Below, one piece after another: positions 47,070 through 55,948 of a stretch of 64,000 nt of DNA; position 1 is the first letter of the stretch, and each line of letters opens with the position of its first letter. Source of the stretch: Peptococcaceae bacterium (GTDB lineage Bacteria; Bacillota; Peptococcia; Peptococcales; Peptococcaceae); the NCBI GenBank assembly GCA_900759105.1, contig CAAETY010000147.1, positions 7,431-71,430 on the forward strand, given 5' to 3'. Position numbers and translations under genes: made by a program. Under the pieces are notes generated by a model, which did no database searches, was not told the DNA's origin, and saw only the letters and a list, made by a program, of their open reading frames with translations.

Positions 47070-48103
47070 TGAGCGAGTCCGACAATAGTCAATACATTCG
47101 CACCGACGAAATATCTGAGGATGTGCAGCAGTCGGTTTACAATCAACCGCCCCAAAAGAAAAAGAAACGCAGCAAATGGCTGGCGTTCTTTGTTGCAATC
47201 GGTATTTTGGTGGCATGCACAGCCATTGCCTGTGGATTATTTATAGGTGATAGCGCGCACGATGGCCCGTTTTCAAGTGGCGAAAAAAATGTTGTAATGA
47301 TTGACGTCAACGGTGAAATCACTGAAGAAGGCACAACCTACAATCAAAAATTTATTTTGAATCAAATCAACGAAGCCAAAAATGACAGCGATAATGAAGC
47401 TATTTTGCTGATGTTCAATACACCGGGTGGCAGCGTTTACGAGTGTGACGAAGTACACCGTAAGCTTGTTGAATACAAAAAAGAAACCAAACGTCCGATT
47501 TACGCATATTGTGAAGGCATGTGCGCATCGGCCGGGTATTATATTGCTACCACGGCGGATACCATCTATGCCAACCGCAATAGCTTGGTTGGTTCCATCG
47601 GCGTAATCTGTGGGCAGTTTGTCGATGCAAGCGGCCTGCTCGATAAGCTCGGTGTTCATGTGACAACCGTTCACAGCGGTGCCAACAAAACCATGGGCTC
47701 CATGTATGAAGCGCCAACCGATGAACAGCTAGCCATTATGCAAGCGATTTCCGACGAAGCCTATGAGCAATTTGTGGATGTGGTTGCTACAGGGCGTGAC
47801 ATGAGCGTGGAAAAGGTCAAAGCCCTCGCTGACGGCCGTGTGTATTCTGCCAAGCAAGGGAAGGCCAATGGCCTGATTGACCGGATTGGCACCATCGATG
47901 ATATGGATGCTCAAATTAAGAAGAATTTGGGCGATGACGTACGCTTTTATCACGAAGTATACGAACAAAGCCCCTATGCATCCCTCTTTAACAGCTTGAA
48001 GAGCTATCTCGACACACGCGGCATGTCCGGTGAATTGGCAAGCAGCGTCAAGACCATCGAAGGCATGCGCATCACCGAACCGATGTATCTCTATCAGCCA
48101 TAA
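47069..48103 (+). CDS. sppA: signal peptide peptidase SppA (S49, 36K type)
   Basis: N-terminal TM helix; S49 catalytic Ser context CEGMCASAGYYIA and conserved Lys. Confidence 0.8.
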   Translation: MSESDNSQYIRTDEISEDVQQSVYNQPPQKKKKRSKWLAFFVAIGILVACTAIACGLFIGDSAHDGPFSSGEKNVVMIDVNGEITEEGTTYNQKFILNQINEAKNDSDNEAILLMFNTPGGSVYECDEVHRKLVEYKKETKRPIYAYCEGMCASAGYYIATTADTIYANRNSLVGSIGVICGQFVDASGLLDKLGVHVTTVHSGANKTMGSMYEAPTDEQLAIMQAISDEAYEQFVDVVATGRDMSVEKVKALADGRVYSAKQGKANGLIDRIGTIDDMDAQIKKNLGDDVRFYHEVYEQSPYASLFNSLKSYLDTRGMSGELASSVKTIEGMRITEPMYLYQP

Positions 48104-48141
48104 GTTTTTACGAGCCACAGCCTTGCCTGTGGCTCTTTTTC

Positions 48142-48170
48142 TTGACTTTGTGTGGGCTTACGCATAAAAT
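48142..48170 (+). promoter_or_regulatory. sigma70 promoter TTGACT-N17-TAAAAT
   Basis: Consensus-like hexamers with a 17-nt spacer immediately upstream of the T-box leader. Confidence 0.6.
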
Positions 48171-48177
48171 AAAAGGA

Positions 48178-48397
48178 GCTATGAAGGGGCTTGTTGTGCC
48201 ATTCTTTACAGAGAGAGCCGGTGGTCGCTGTAAACCGGTTAAAGAAGGCATGATGTTCCACCCCGGAGCGTTGGCGTAATGGCCACGGTTGGCACCGTTA
48301 TCTGCTGCAAAGTGATGATGGCATATGCCGTCATAAACTGGGTGGTACCGCGGAACTTCTCCGTCCCTATGGATATAGGGACGGTTTTTTTATTTTT
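48178..48397 (+). promoter_or_regulatory. T-box riboswitch leader (tRNA-sensing antitermination)
   Basis: AGAGAGA (AG bulge) next to a short distal stem-loop GCCGG...CCGG; canonical T-box sequence AAACTGGGTGGTACCGCGG (48335-48353); terminator CCGTCCCTAT...ATAGGGACGG followed by T7 (48361-48397); candidate specifier UCC-A at 48257-48260. Confidence 0.8.
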
Positions 48398-48411
48398 GAG
48401 GAGGAATAGGC

Positions 48412-49926
48412 ATGAACATCCTATTAGAGGAACAGCTTTGCGACGAAGCCATGGATGCATTAAACGCTTCGGCAGCAGAGGTCGTTGTTGACCCGAGCCT
48501 TGCTGCTGTCGGCACTGCGGATGCGGTGATTTTGACCGGACGCAGTCCTGTCCCTGATGCCTTATATGATGAAAAATCCTTGTTGCGTGTCGTTGGCTGC
48601 TTAAATGCGAACAATGCAAATTTTGATTTATCTCGTGCGACCCGCGCCGGGCGCATGGTATTGGTGCCGCATTATGGTGAAGCCGCATCAGTGGCGGAAT
48701 ATGCCATGCGCGCCATGCTCGATATGGCACGTAACCGTGCAGACGGTGCCATCGAGCTCAAGGGCAAGACCATCGGCTTTTTGGGATTTCCTCCTTTGGC
48801 CGGGGAAATTGCCCAACGTGCCAATGCCTTTGGCATGAAGGGCTTGTGCTATGACCCGGAACTCAATCGTGGTCGTGCCATGCTGCACAATGTGGAACGC
48901 ACCAATTTGGTAGATCTCTTTGTGCGTAGCGATTTTGTGCTTTTGGTGCAGCCTGCAAGCGAGTGGAGCAAGGGGATGATTGGCAAGGATGAAATTCAGC
49001 TCTTGCAAAAAGGCGCCGGGTTGATTTGTCTTACCGACCCACAAATTTTCCGCTGGGATGAATTGGTCATGGCCCTTGATTGGGAGTATCTCAGTCATTT
49101 CGCCATCGACTTGCCACAAAATCGTGCGCACTTGGCACGTGAAGTAAAAAAATACGGTGCAGTGACCGTTAGCGAAGCGGCCAATACCCGTGAAGCCCGC
49201 TTGGCCAACCAAGTGGAAATGGCACAGGATGTAGTGGCTGCCCTTCGCGGCGAACAGGTTGAAACCGCTATCAACATCACACGTGTGCATCTTGCCAACC
49301 TGCGAGAAGGCGGCGAATGGTGTAACCTCGCCCATACCTTGGGGCTCTTTATGGGACAACGCATGAAAGGCCTTGGTGGCAAATGTATCATTACCGAAAG
49401 CGGCAATGTGCCTTGCACAGAAAGTGATGCCATAGTGGCTGCGCTATTGGAAGGCATGGCCAAGGGGCTCGGTGAAACCACCATTAACCGCATCAATGCC
49501 CTGCTTTGGGCCGAAGAAAACGGTCTCAATTTAACCATCGAAAAAAAACCGGATGCAGCGGAAAGCCGTCTGCACCTTTCGGTGGAAACCAAGGAAAGCC
49601 ACTTACAGGTGGCCGGTACCCGAAGCGGTGGCCAAGCGCTTATTGTGCAGGTAGATGATTATGTGGTGCATGCACAGCCACGCACCCATTTGTTGCTCGT
49701 ACCGCACATCAATCGTCCGGGCTTGGTTGGACAGATTGGGACATTGTTGGGCGAAAAAAATGTAAACATCGCAGAAATGGTGTTGGGGCACAAGCCGCAA
49801 GACCGTACCACTGCGTTAATGTGGATCCATATCGAAGAAGCGTTGGATAAATCCATCAGCGAAGAGAGCCGCAAACTCGCCAGCGTGCTCAATATGGAAT
49901 ATATTCATTTACCAAATCAAGATTGA
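48412..49926 (+). CDS. type-I D-3-phosphoglycerate dehydrogenase homolog (ASB+ACT domains) with degenerate NAD-binding and catalytic motifs
   Basis: 504 aa; 2-hydroxyacid-DH fold; Rossmann motif reads GFLGFPPLAG rather than GxGxxG; by-eye alignment puts Asp and Glu at the positions of catalytic Arg and His; C-terminal ACT (HLLLVPHINRPGLVGQIGTLLG). Confidence 0.6.
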   Translation: MNILLEEQLCDEAMDALNASAAEVVVDPSLAAVGTADAVILTGRSPVPDALYDEKSLLRVVGCLNANNANFDLSRATRAGRMVLVPHYGEAASVAEYAMRAMLDMARNRADGAIELKGKTIGFLGFPPLAGEIAQRANAFGMKGLCYDPELNRGRAMLHNVERTNLVDLFVRSDFVLLVQPASEWSKGMIGKDEIQLLQKGAGLICLTDPQIFRWDELVMALDWEYLSHFAIDLPQNRAHLAREVKKYGAVTVSEAANTREARLANQVEMAQDVVAALRGEQVETAINITRVHLANLREGGEWCNLAHTLGLFMGQRMKGLGGKCIITESGNVPCTESDAIVAALLEGMAKGLGETTINRINALLWAEENGLNLTIEKKPDAAESRLHLSVETKESHLQVAGTRSGGQALIVQVDDYVVHAQPRTHLLLVPHINRPGLVGQIGTLLGEKNVNIAEMVLGHKPQDRTTALMWIHIEEALDKSISEESRKLASVLNMEYIHLPNQD

Positions 49927-49948
49927 TTCTATTTAGGAGGGACTTTTA

Positions 49949-51214
49949 ATGTTAGATATTAAAGAAATGCGTCGTGACCCTGAACGTGTGGCAAAAGCTG
50001 TAGGCCGCCGTGGCAAAGAAATTGATATGAAGCCATTCCTTGAAGCCGATGAAAAGCGTCGTCAAATCATCGCCAAGGTTGAAGAATTACAAGCACAACG
50101 CAACGCAAAGAGCAAGGAAGTTGGCCAACTCAAGCGCAACGGTGAAAATGCCGATGCCCTCATGGCAGAAGTAAGCGCCATCAAGGCAGAAATCGAAAAA
50201 CTCGAAGCTTCCAAAGAAGAAGTGGATACCTTCGTAACCAACTTTGTGGCAAGCATTCCAAACATGCCAAAGGATGACATTCCGGACGGCGGCGAAGACG
50301 ATTATCATGTAGAACGCACCTGGGGCACCCCACGCGAATTTGCTTTTGAACCAAAGGCACACTGGGAACTCGGTGAAGCCCTCGACATTTTGGACTTTAA
50401 CCGTGCTGCCAAGGTAACCGGTAGCCGCTTTGTATTCTACAAAGGCTTGGCTGCACGCTTGGAACGTGCTGTTATCGCATTTATGATTGATATGCACACC
50501 GACAAGCACGGTTATACCGAACTCATTCCACCATACATGACCAACAGCACTTCTGACTTTGGTACTGGTCAATTGCCTAAGTTTGCAGAAGACATGTTCC
50601 ACTTGGAAAACACCGACTATTACCTCATTCCAACCGCTGAAGTGCCTGTAACCAACTATCACAGAGATGAAATCCTCACCGAAAAGGACCTTCCTGTAAA
50701 ATATTGCGCATTCAGCCCATGCTTCCGTTCCGAAGCAGGCTCTGCCGGTCGTGATACCCGCGGTATCATCCGTCAGCACCAATTCCACAAGGTTGAAATG
50801 GTAAAGCTCGCACATCCTGATCATTCCTGGGAAGAGCTTGAAAGCCTGACCCACGATGCAGAAGAAGTGCTTCAAGCATTGGGCCTTCCATATCGTGTGA
50901 TTACCTTGGCTGCCGGGGACATCGGTTTCAGCTCTGCCAAGACCTACGACATCGAAGTATGGCTCCCAAGCTACGGCAAATACCGTGAAATTTCTTCCTG
51001 CTCCAACTTTGTAGACTTCCAAGCACGCCGTGCCAACATCCGTTTCCGTGACAACGATGGCAAAGTACGCTACGTACACACCTTAAACGGCTCCGGCTTG
51101 GCTGTTGGTCGTACCGTTTCCGCTATTATGGAAAACTACCAAAACGAAGACGGCAGCATTACCATTCCGGAAGCACTCGTTCCTTACATGCACGGGTACA
51201 CTGAAATTCGCTAA
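49949..51214 (+). CDS. serS: seryl-tRNA synthetase
   Basis: 421 aa; N-terminal coiled-coil arm plus class II core motifs ([21 protein letters not shown]). Confidence 0.95.
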   Translation: MLDIKEMRRDPERVAKAVGRRGKEIDMKPFLEADEKRRQIIAKVEELQAQRNAKSKEVGQLKRNGENADALMAEVSAIKAEIEKLEASKEEVDTFVTNFVASIPNMPKDDIPDGGEDDYHVERTWGTPREFAFEPKAHWELGEALDILDFNRAAKVTGSRFVFYKGLAARLERAVIAFMIDMHTDKHGYTELIPPYMTNSTSDFGTGQLPKFAEDMFHLENTDYYLIPTAEVPVTNYHRDEILTEKDLPVKYCAFSPCFRSEAGSAGRDTRGIIRQHQFHKVEMVKLAHPDHSWEELESLTHDAEEVLQALGLPYRVITLAAGDIGFSSAKTYDIEVWLPSYGKYREISSCSNFVDFQARRANIRFRDNDGKVRYVHTLNGSGLAVGRTVSAIMENYQNEDGSITIPEALVPYMHGYTEIR

Positions 51215-51236
51215 TTCGTAAGGAGTAATGGAATCA

Positions 51237-52637
51237 ATGAAAAAAGACTTGGATTTTACACGTATTCATCGATTCGTATTCGATGATTTACACATCATGC
51301 TCGACGTGAACAGTGGCTCTGTCCATGTAACCGACGAAGCGGTGGATGCCTTCCTCGATGCCCTGGAGGAAGGTCAAGCATGGGACGATGCCATTGCGAC
51401 CACCGCAAAAGCCTATGGCGAAGAAGACGCCAAGGACATTGCCGAAGGCATTGAAGCCTTGATTGACGAAGGCATGCTCTTTAGTGATGTAGATTTTGCT
51501 GATTATGTACCGCATACCCAACCAATCGTGAAGGCAATGTGCTTACACATGGCCCATGACTGCAACCTGCGCTGTGGCTATTGCTTTGCGGACACCGGCG
51601 CATATGGCGGCGGTCGTTCCTTGATGAGCCTTGAAGTCGGCAAGAAAGCCATCGACTTCCTCATGGAAGCAAGCAAGCACCGTACCCATGTGGAAATCGA
51701 CTTCTTTGGCGGCGAACCACTCTTGAACATGGATGTGTGCAAGCAGGTGGCAGCCTATGCCAAGGAAAAAGCCGCTGAAAAAGGCAAAATCGTAAAGATG
51801 ACCATGACCACCAACGGGGTGCTCTTGGACGATGAATGTGCAAAGTGGCTCAACGAAGAAGAAATGGACGCCGTACTTTCCTTGGACGGACGTCCGGAGG
51901 TACACGACAACATGCGTCGTTTTGCCGGCGGCCAACCAAGCTACGAAGTGTGCAAAAACCACTTCCAAAACTTTGTAAACAGCCGTGACCACAAGCAATA
52001 CTATCTCCGTGGCACCTATACCCACTTTAACCCTGATTTTGCACAAGATGCCATCCACATGGCAGATGATTTGGGCTTTGTAGAGCTTTCCTTGGAACCG
52101 GTTGTAGCACCGGCTGACATGCCTTATGCCTTGACCGAAGAAGACAAGCCAACCATTCTCGAAAACTACAACATTCTCGCACGCCACTATTTGGATCGCT
52201 GGCGCGAAGGCAAGGGCTACAATTTCTTCCACTTTAACGTGGACTTTACCGGTGGCCCATGCCTGCCAAAACGTTTGAGCGGCTGTGGCTCCGGCCATGA
52301 CTACTTGGCGGTTAGCCCGGAAGGGGACCTTTACCCTTGTCACCAATTTGTAGGCGAAGAAGATTACAAGATGGGGACCGTATTCACCGGCATTGAAAAA
52401 CCTGAAATTGCCGAACGCTTCCAAAAAGCCAACGTCCTCACCAAGCCAACCTGCATGAAGTGCTGGGCACGTTTCTTCTGCAGCGGTGGCTGCCACGCCA
52501 ACAACATTCGTTACGGCGGTGGCATTAACGAACCGTACGAATACGGCTGCGATTTGCAACGCAAGCGCATTGAAACGGCAATTTACGTACAAACCGTGAA
52601 AATGATCGAAAGCGCTGAAGGAGGCGAGGACCAATGA
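51237..52637 (+). CDS. radical SAM/SPASM peptide maturase, SCIFF-maturase (ScfB/CteB)-like
   Basis: About 466 aa; roughly 100-aa N-terminal RRE-like extension; CNLRCGYC radical SAM cluster; C-terminal SPASM C-x2-C-x5-C-x3-C (CMKCWARFFCSGGC); strong recalled similarity to thioether-forming SCIFF maturases; ATGA overlap with pheA. Confidence 0.6.
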   Translation: MKKDLDFTRIHRFVFDDLHIMLDVNSGSVHVTDEAVDAFLDALEEGQAWDDAIATTAKAYGEEDAKDIAEGIEALIDEGMLFSDVDFADYVPHTQPIVKAMCLHMAHDCNLRCGYCFADTGAYGGGRSLMSLEVGKKAIDFLMEASKHRTHVEIDFFGGEPLLNMDVCKQVAAYAKEKAAEKGKIVKMTMTTNGVLLDDECAKWLNEEEMDAVLSLDGRPEVHDNMRRFAGGQPSYEVCKNHFQNFVNSRDHKQYYLRGTYTHFNPDFAQDAIHMADDLGFVELSLEPVVAPADMPYALTEEDKPTILENYNILARHYLDRWREGKGYNFFHFNVDFTGGPCLPKRLSGCGSGHDYLAVSPEGDLYPCHQFVGEEDYKMGTVFTGIEKPEIAERFQKANVLTKPTCMKCWARFFCSGGCHANNIRYGGGINEPYEYGCDLQRKRIETAIYVQTVKMIESAEGGEDQ

Positions 52638-53500
52638 GTGGTCTTTTGCCATCCTTTGCAGAACCTGTAAAAAAACCGCGCATTGCATTCCAAGGCATTG
52701 AAGGCTCCTTTAGCGATGGCGCTTGCCAAAAGGTGTTTGGCTCTGACGTTGAACGTGTCGGCATGCCACACTTTCAATATGTGGTAGAAGGCGTATGCAG
52801 CGGAGAATATGATTACGGGGTGCTCCCAATCGAAAACTCTTCCACAGGGAGCATTAACGATGTGTATGATTTGCTCAACGAAAACCCATGTTACATTGTG
52901 GGTGAAACATCACTTGAAATCACCCAAAACCTCATGGCTGTGCCGGGCACCAAGCTTGAGGATGTGGCCTATGTATACTCTCATCCCCAAGGCCTCGGCC
53001 AAAGCCAACGCTTTTTGATGCAGCACAATATTGAACCGCGCCCTTATGCGGACACTGCCATGAGTGCACGCTACATCGCCGAAACCCGCCCGGCAGACGG
53101 GGCGGCCATTGCTTCCAAGCAAGCGGCGGAAGTGTACGGCTTGGAAATTTTGGTGCCGCATGTAAACTTTAACTTTTCAAATATCACCCGTTTTGTGGTT
53201 ATTCGCAAAGAACCGGAAATCACCCCAAACCAAAATAAGGTGAGTGTGGTCTTTAAGACTGCGCACCGTCCGGGGGCACTGTTGGAAGCCTTGCGATTTG
53301 TCGCGGAAGCACACATCGACATGAGCCGCATTGAATCTCGCCCGGTCATTGGTAAACCTTGGGAATACAGCTTCTATGTGGATCTCTTGGGTCACTGGGA
53401 TGATGAAAACTTTATGTACTGCTTGGAACAGATGCAAGCAGTAACGGAAGATTTCCGCGTGCTCGGCACCTACGAAGCCGCAGAAACACACTATCTCTAA
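52634..53500 (+). CDS. pheA: prephenate dehydratase (PDT plus ACT)
   Basis: 288 aa; PDT domain plus C-terminal ACT; ESRP motif. Confidence 0.85.
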   Translation: MSGLLPSFAEPVKKPRIAFQGIEGSFSDGACQKVFGSDVERVGMPHFQYVVEGVCSGEYDYGVLPIENSSTGSINDVYDLLNENPCYIVGETSLEITQNLMAVPGTKLEDVAYVYSHPQGLGQSQRFLMQHNIEPRPYADTAMSARYIAETRPADGAAIASKQAAEVYGLEILVPHVNFNFSNITRFVVIRKEPEITPNQNKVSVVFKTAHRPGALLEALRFVAEAHIDMSRIESRPVIGKPWEYSFYVDLLGHWDDENFMYCLEQMQAVTEDFRVLGTYEAAETHYL

Positions 53501-53519
53501 ATCGAAAGGAGACATCACC

Positions 53520-54455
53520 ATGAAAGATCTCTTTTCCCACGTTGTCGGCGAAAACAACGTGAAACTCAACGAACCCCTTAGCGCCCACACTACCTTCCGC
53601 ATTGGTGGCCCTTGTGATGCAATGGCTTTTCCACATAGTGTGGATGAACTCGCAGCTGTGGTGCGCATTTGCAAGCGTGAAGGCTTGGATTATTTTGTGC
53701 TTGGAAAGGGTAGCAATATCCTTGTTGCCGACAAGGGCGTGCGCGGTGTGGTCATTGCCACCGAGTGCTTGCGCGCTCTCTTTATTCAAGACAATGCCGT
53801 TTGTGCCAGCGCAGGCCTTTCCCTCATCAATGTGAGTAAGGCTTGTGCCGAGCTTGGTTTGAGCGGTCTTGAATTTGCCAGTGGTATTCCCGGGAGCATC
53901 GGCGGTGCAGCGTATATGAATGCCGGTGCTTATGACGGTGAAATGAAGGATGTTGTTACCAGTGTGACCGTGCTTGATGCAAGCGGTAACATCCGTGAAA
54001 TCCATGCTGATGACATGCAATTTAGCTATCGCCATAGCCGCCTCAAGGAGGAACCCCTTGTTTGTTTGGCGGTGACGATGCAACTCAAGGACGGCGACAA
54101 GAAGGACATCCTTGCCCATATCGCAGACCTTTCCGAACGCCGTAGCAGCCGTCAACCTTTGGAGCTTCCAAGTGCCGGGAGCACCTTCAAACGCCCAACC
54201 GGCTATTATGCAGGGCCACTCATCATTGAAGCAGGCCTGCAAGGCTACACCGTGGGCGGCGCCCAAGTCAGCACCAAGCATGCTGGCTTTGTCGTGAATG
54301 TGGGCGATGCCACCGCTGATGACGTGATTCGCCTCATCCATCACGTACAACAAACCGTCAAGGCTCACCACGGCGTGGACCTTGAAACAGAAGTACGCTT
54401 TATCGGAAAGTGGGATGACCATCCGCTCTATCATGAGATTTTGCGTGCCGAATAG
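53520..54455 (+). CDS. murB: UDP-N-acetylenolpyruvoylglucosamine reductase
   Basis: 311 aa; FAD-binding PCMH fold; N-terminal HTTFRIGGP motif. Confidence 0.9.
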   Translation: MKDLFSHVVGENNVKLNEPLSAHTTFRIGGPCDAMAFPHSVDELAAVVRICKREGLDYFVLGKGSNILVADKGVRGVVIATECLRALFIQDNAVCASAGLSLINVSKACAELGLSGLEFASGIPGSIGGAAYMNAGAYDGEMKDVVTSVTVLDASGNIREIHADDMQFSYRHSRLKEEPLVCLAVTMQLKDGDKKDILAHIADLSERRSSRQPLELPSAGSTFKRPTGYYAGPLIIEAGLQGYTVGGAQVSTKHAGFVVNVGDATADDVIRLIHHVQQTVKAHHGVDLETEVRFIGKWDDHPLYHEILRAE

Positions 54456-54467
54456 CATACAAATGTA

Positions 54468-54509
54468 AAATAACCCTGTTTCCTATCGTGGGAAACAGGG
54501 TTATTTTGT
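54468..54509 (+). terminator. rho-independent terminator (left copy of the 29-bp repeat)
   Basis: CCCTGTTTCC-tatcgt-GGGAAACAGGG hairpin followed by ATTTTGTG. Confidence 0.8.
54474..54502. repeat. 29-bp direct repeat CCCTGTTTCCTATCGTGGGAAACAGGGTT (left copy)
   Basis: Identical to 57356-57384. Confidence 0.9.
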
Positions 54510-54713
54510 GTTGTAGCATATCTTCCTACTTATTAAGCGCATCCAACTTTTCAAAATTGCATCTAATTGCAAATCATCCATGCGATTGAGTTTATTTTTG
54601 ATTTCACCCAGGCTCTGTTGTATCTCTAAACAAGATGAGCGAATTTGAATCACCATCACCAATGTTATTACAAGTAGTATTGGTACAACAACCCAAAAAA
54701 TTAATTCTAGCAT
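54501..54713 (-). CDS. small single-TM protein with coiled-coil tail (island cargo)
   Basis: 70 aa; TM helix FWVVVPILLVITLVMVI; AT-rich gene; immediately downstream of the secreted-protein gene. Confidence 0.45.
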   Translation of the reverse strand: MLELIFWVVVPILLVITLVMVIQIRSSCLEIQQSLGEIKNKLNRMDDLQLDAILKSWMRLISRKICYNTK

Positions 54714-54731
54714 TTTAATTATCCCCTTTGT

Positions 54732-55652
54732 TTAAGCGAGGTATTGAGCATGTCCTTCTTCACTACCCTTTCCGGAAAATGAAATAGATCCTACATTAAA
54801 AGAAACCTCCACTGTACCGGGTGTCCAACTATGAAAGTAATATGCATTAATTAAAATCGTTCCGGAGGTCACAGGGCTGGCATTCGCCACAAAAGCTTTA
54901 CCAGCCTGACAATACTGTGGACTCCAAGATGTGGCATGTAACATTTCAATATCAAATTTCACATTACCATTACTTGTATATACAGGGTAGATGCGTTTAT
55001 TGGTATCCTCTAAATATCCATTCTCATCTTTATATATTAATTTGGCAGTGCTAGAACCTTGAACTACATAGCCATTAGAAATACATGCAGCAATTGGATC
55101 TGTATATTTTACACTTGGTGCACTATCCCAATGCCAGTAAATATTGTAATTACATTGTCCTGATGTACGAGAAACACTTGCTATATTAAATGCCAATTTC
55201 GAAGAGGCCGCTCTTACATCGGCATCTGATAGGTTTTCATAATTTCCTGATTTAATATTAGCGATAGCTTCTTTGGAAAGTCCTTTACTCACTAGTGCTG
55301 TCTTAGAAAGTTTCGCAGCATTATCTAAGACAATCTTTTTAGTACTTTCCGTTCTCAGCTTTTTTATATCATTTTCTTCCATTTTAAGATTTATTAATTC
55401 TTTGTCAGACATTTTTTTCATTTCTTCAATAGAATCAATTTCATAGCGTATTGACGCACCAGGTAGACTTGCAATCTCTTCATAAGTCAGGGTATCGTCG
55501 TTTGCTAAAAAGCCCTCATAAGTGCTATCCATTTCCAAAACTTGTGTCATATGAGAATTTTGTGCTGTAGCTGCACTTAGTGGTAATGCTAAACTCATCA
55601 TTAATAATACACTACATCCAAGCGCTACTGTTCTTCTTAATGTTTTTTTCAT
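54732..55652 (-). CDS. secreted hypothetical protein (island cargo)
   Basis: 306 aa; signal peptide with an AxA-type cleavage site; low-GC codon usage unlike the surrounding genes. Confidence 0.5.
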   Translation of the reverse strand: MKKTLRRTVALGCSVLLMMSLALPLSAATAQNSHMTQVLEMDSTYEGFLANDDTLTYEEIASLPGASIRYEIDSIEEMKKMSDKELINLKMEENDIKKLRTESTKKIVLDNAAKLSKTALVSKGLSKEAIANIKSGNYENLSDADVRAASSKLAFNIASVSRTSGQCNYNIYWHWDSAPSVKYTDPIAACISNGYVVQGSSTAKLIYKDENGYLEDTNKRIYPVYTSNGNVKFDIEMLHATSWSPQYCQAGKAFVANASPVTSGTILINAYYFHSWTPGTVEVSFNVGSISFSGKGSEEGHAQYLA

Positions 55653-55948
55653 CGTGATAACCTCCTTGCAAAATAAAAAATAAATATTCTGAATTATTCG
55701 TGGCCACCACCTCTTTATTTTTAATCAACTTCATTTGCACATAATCAGCTATTAGACATTGATTTCGGATACCTAGATATTACCGAACGCTGTGCAAAAA
55801 ATACTTAATCGAGTATGTTTATTCTATTTTAACAAAATTCGGTAAATTTGTAAACGAATAACAAACGGTTCTACTATTTTTCGAGATTGTTATCGATGCT
55901 AATCTGAAAAATGTCAATAGTTCCTGTTGAAGATAGATAAAATTAAAG

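Noticed and set aside
51543-52688. 381-aa minus-strand ORF
   Set aside because: It is antisense to the radical SAM maturase gene, which has clear Fe-S motifs.
48104-54500. Search for a SCIFF precursor (scfA) small ORF near the rSAM gene
   Set aside because: The intergenic gaps in the operon are 14-22 nt or overlaps. No Cys-rich small ORF of about 45 aa was seen in the nearby intergenic regions. It is reported as absent from this window, not as proven absent from the genome.
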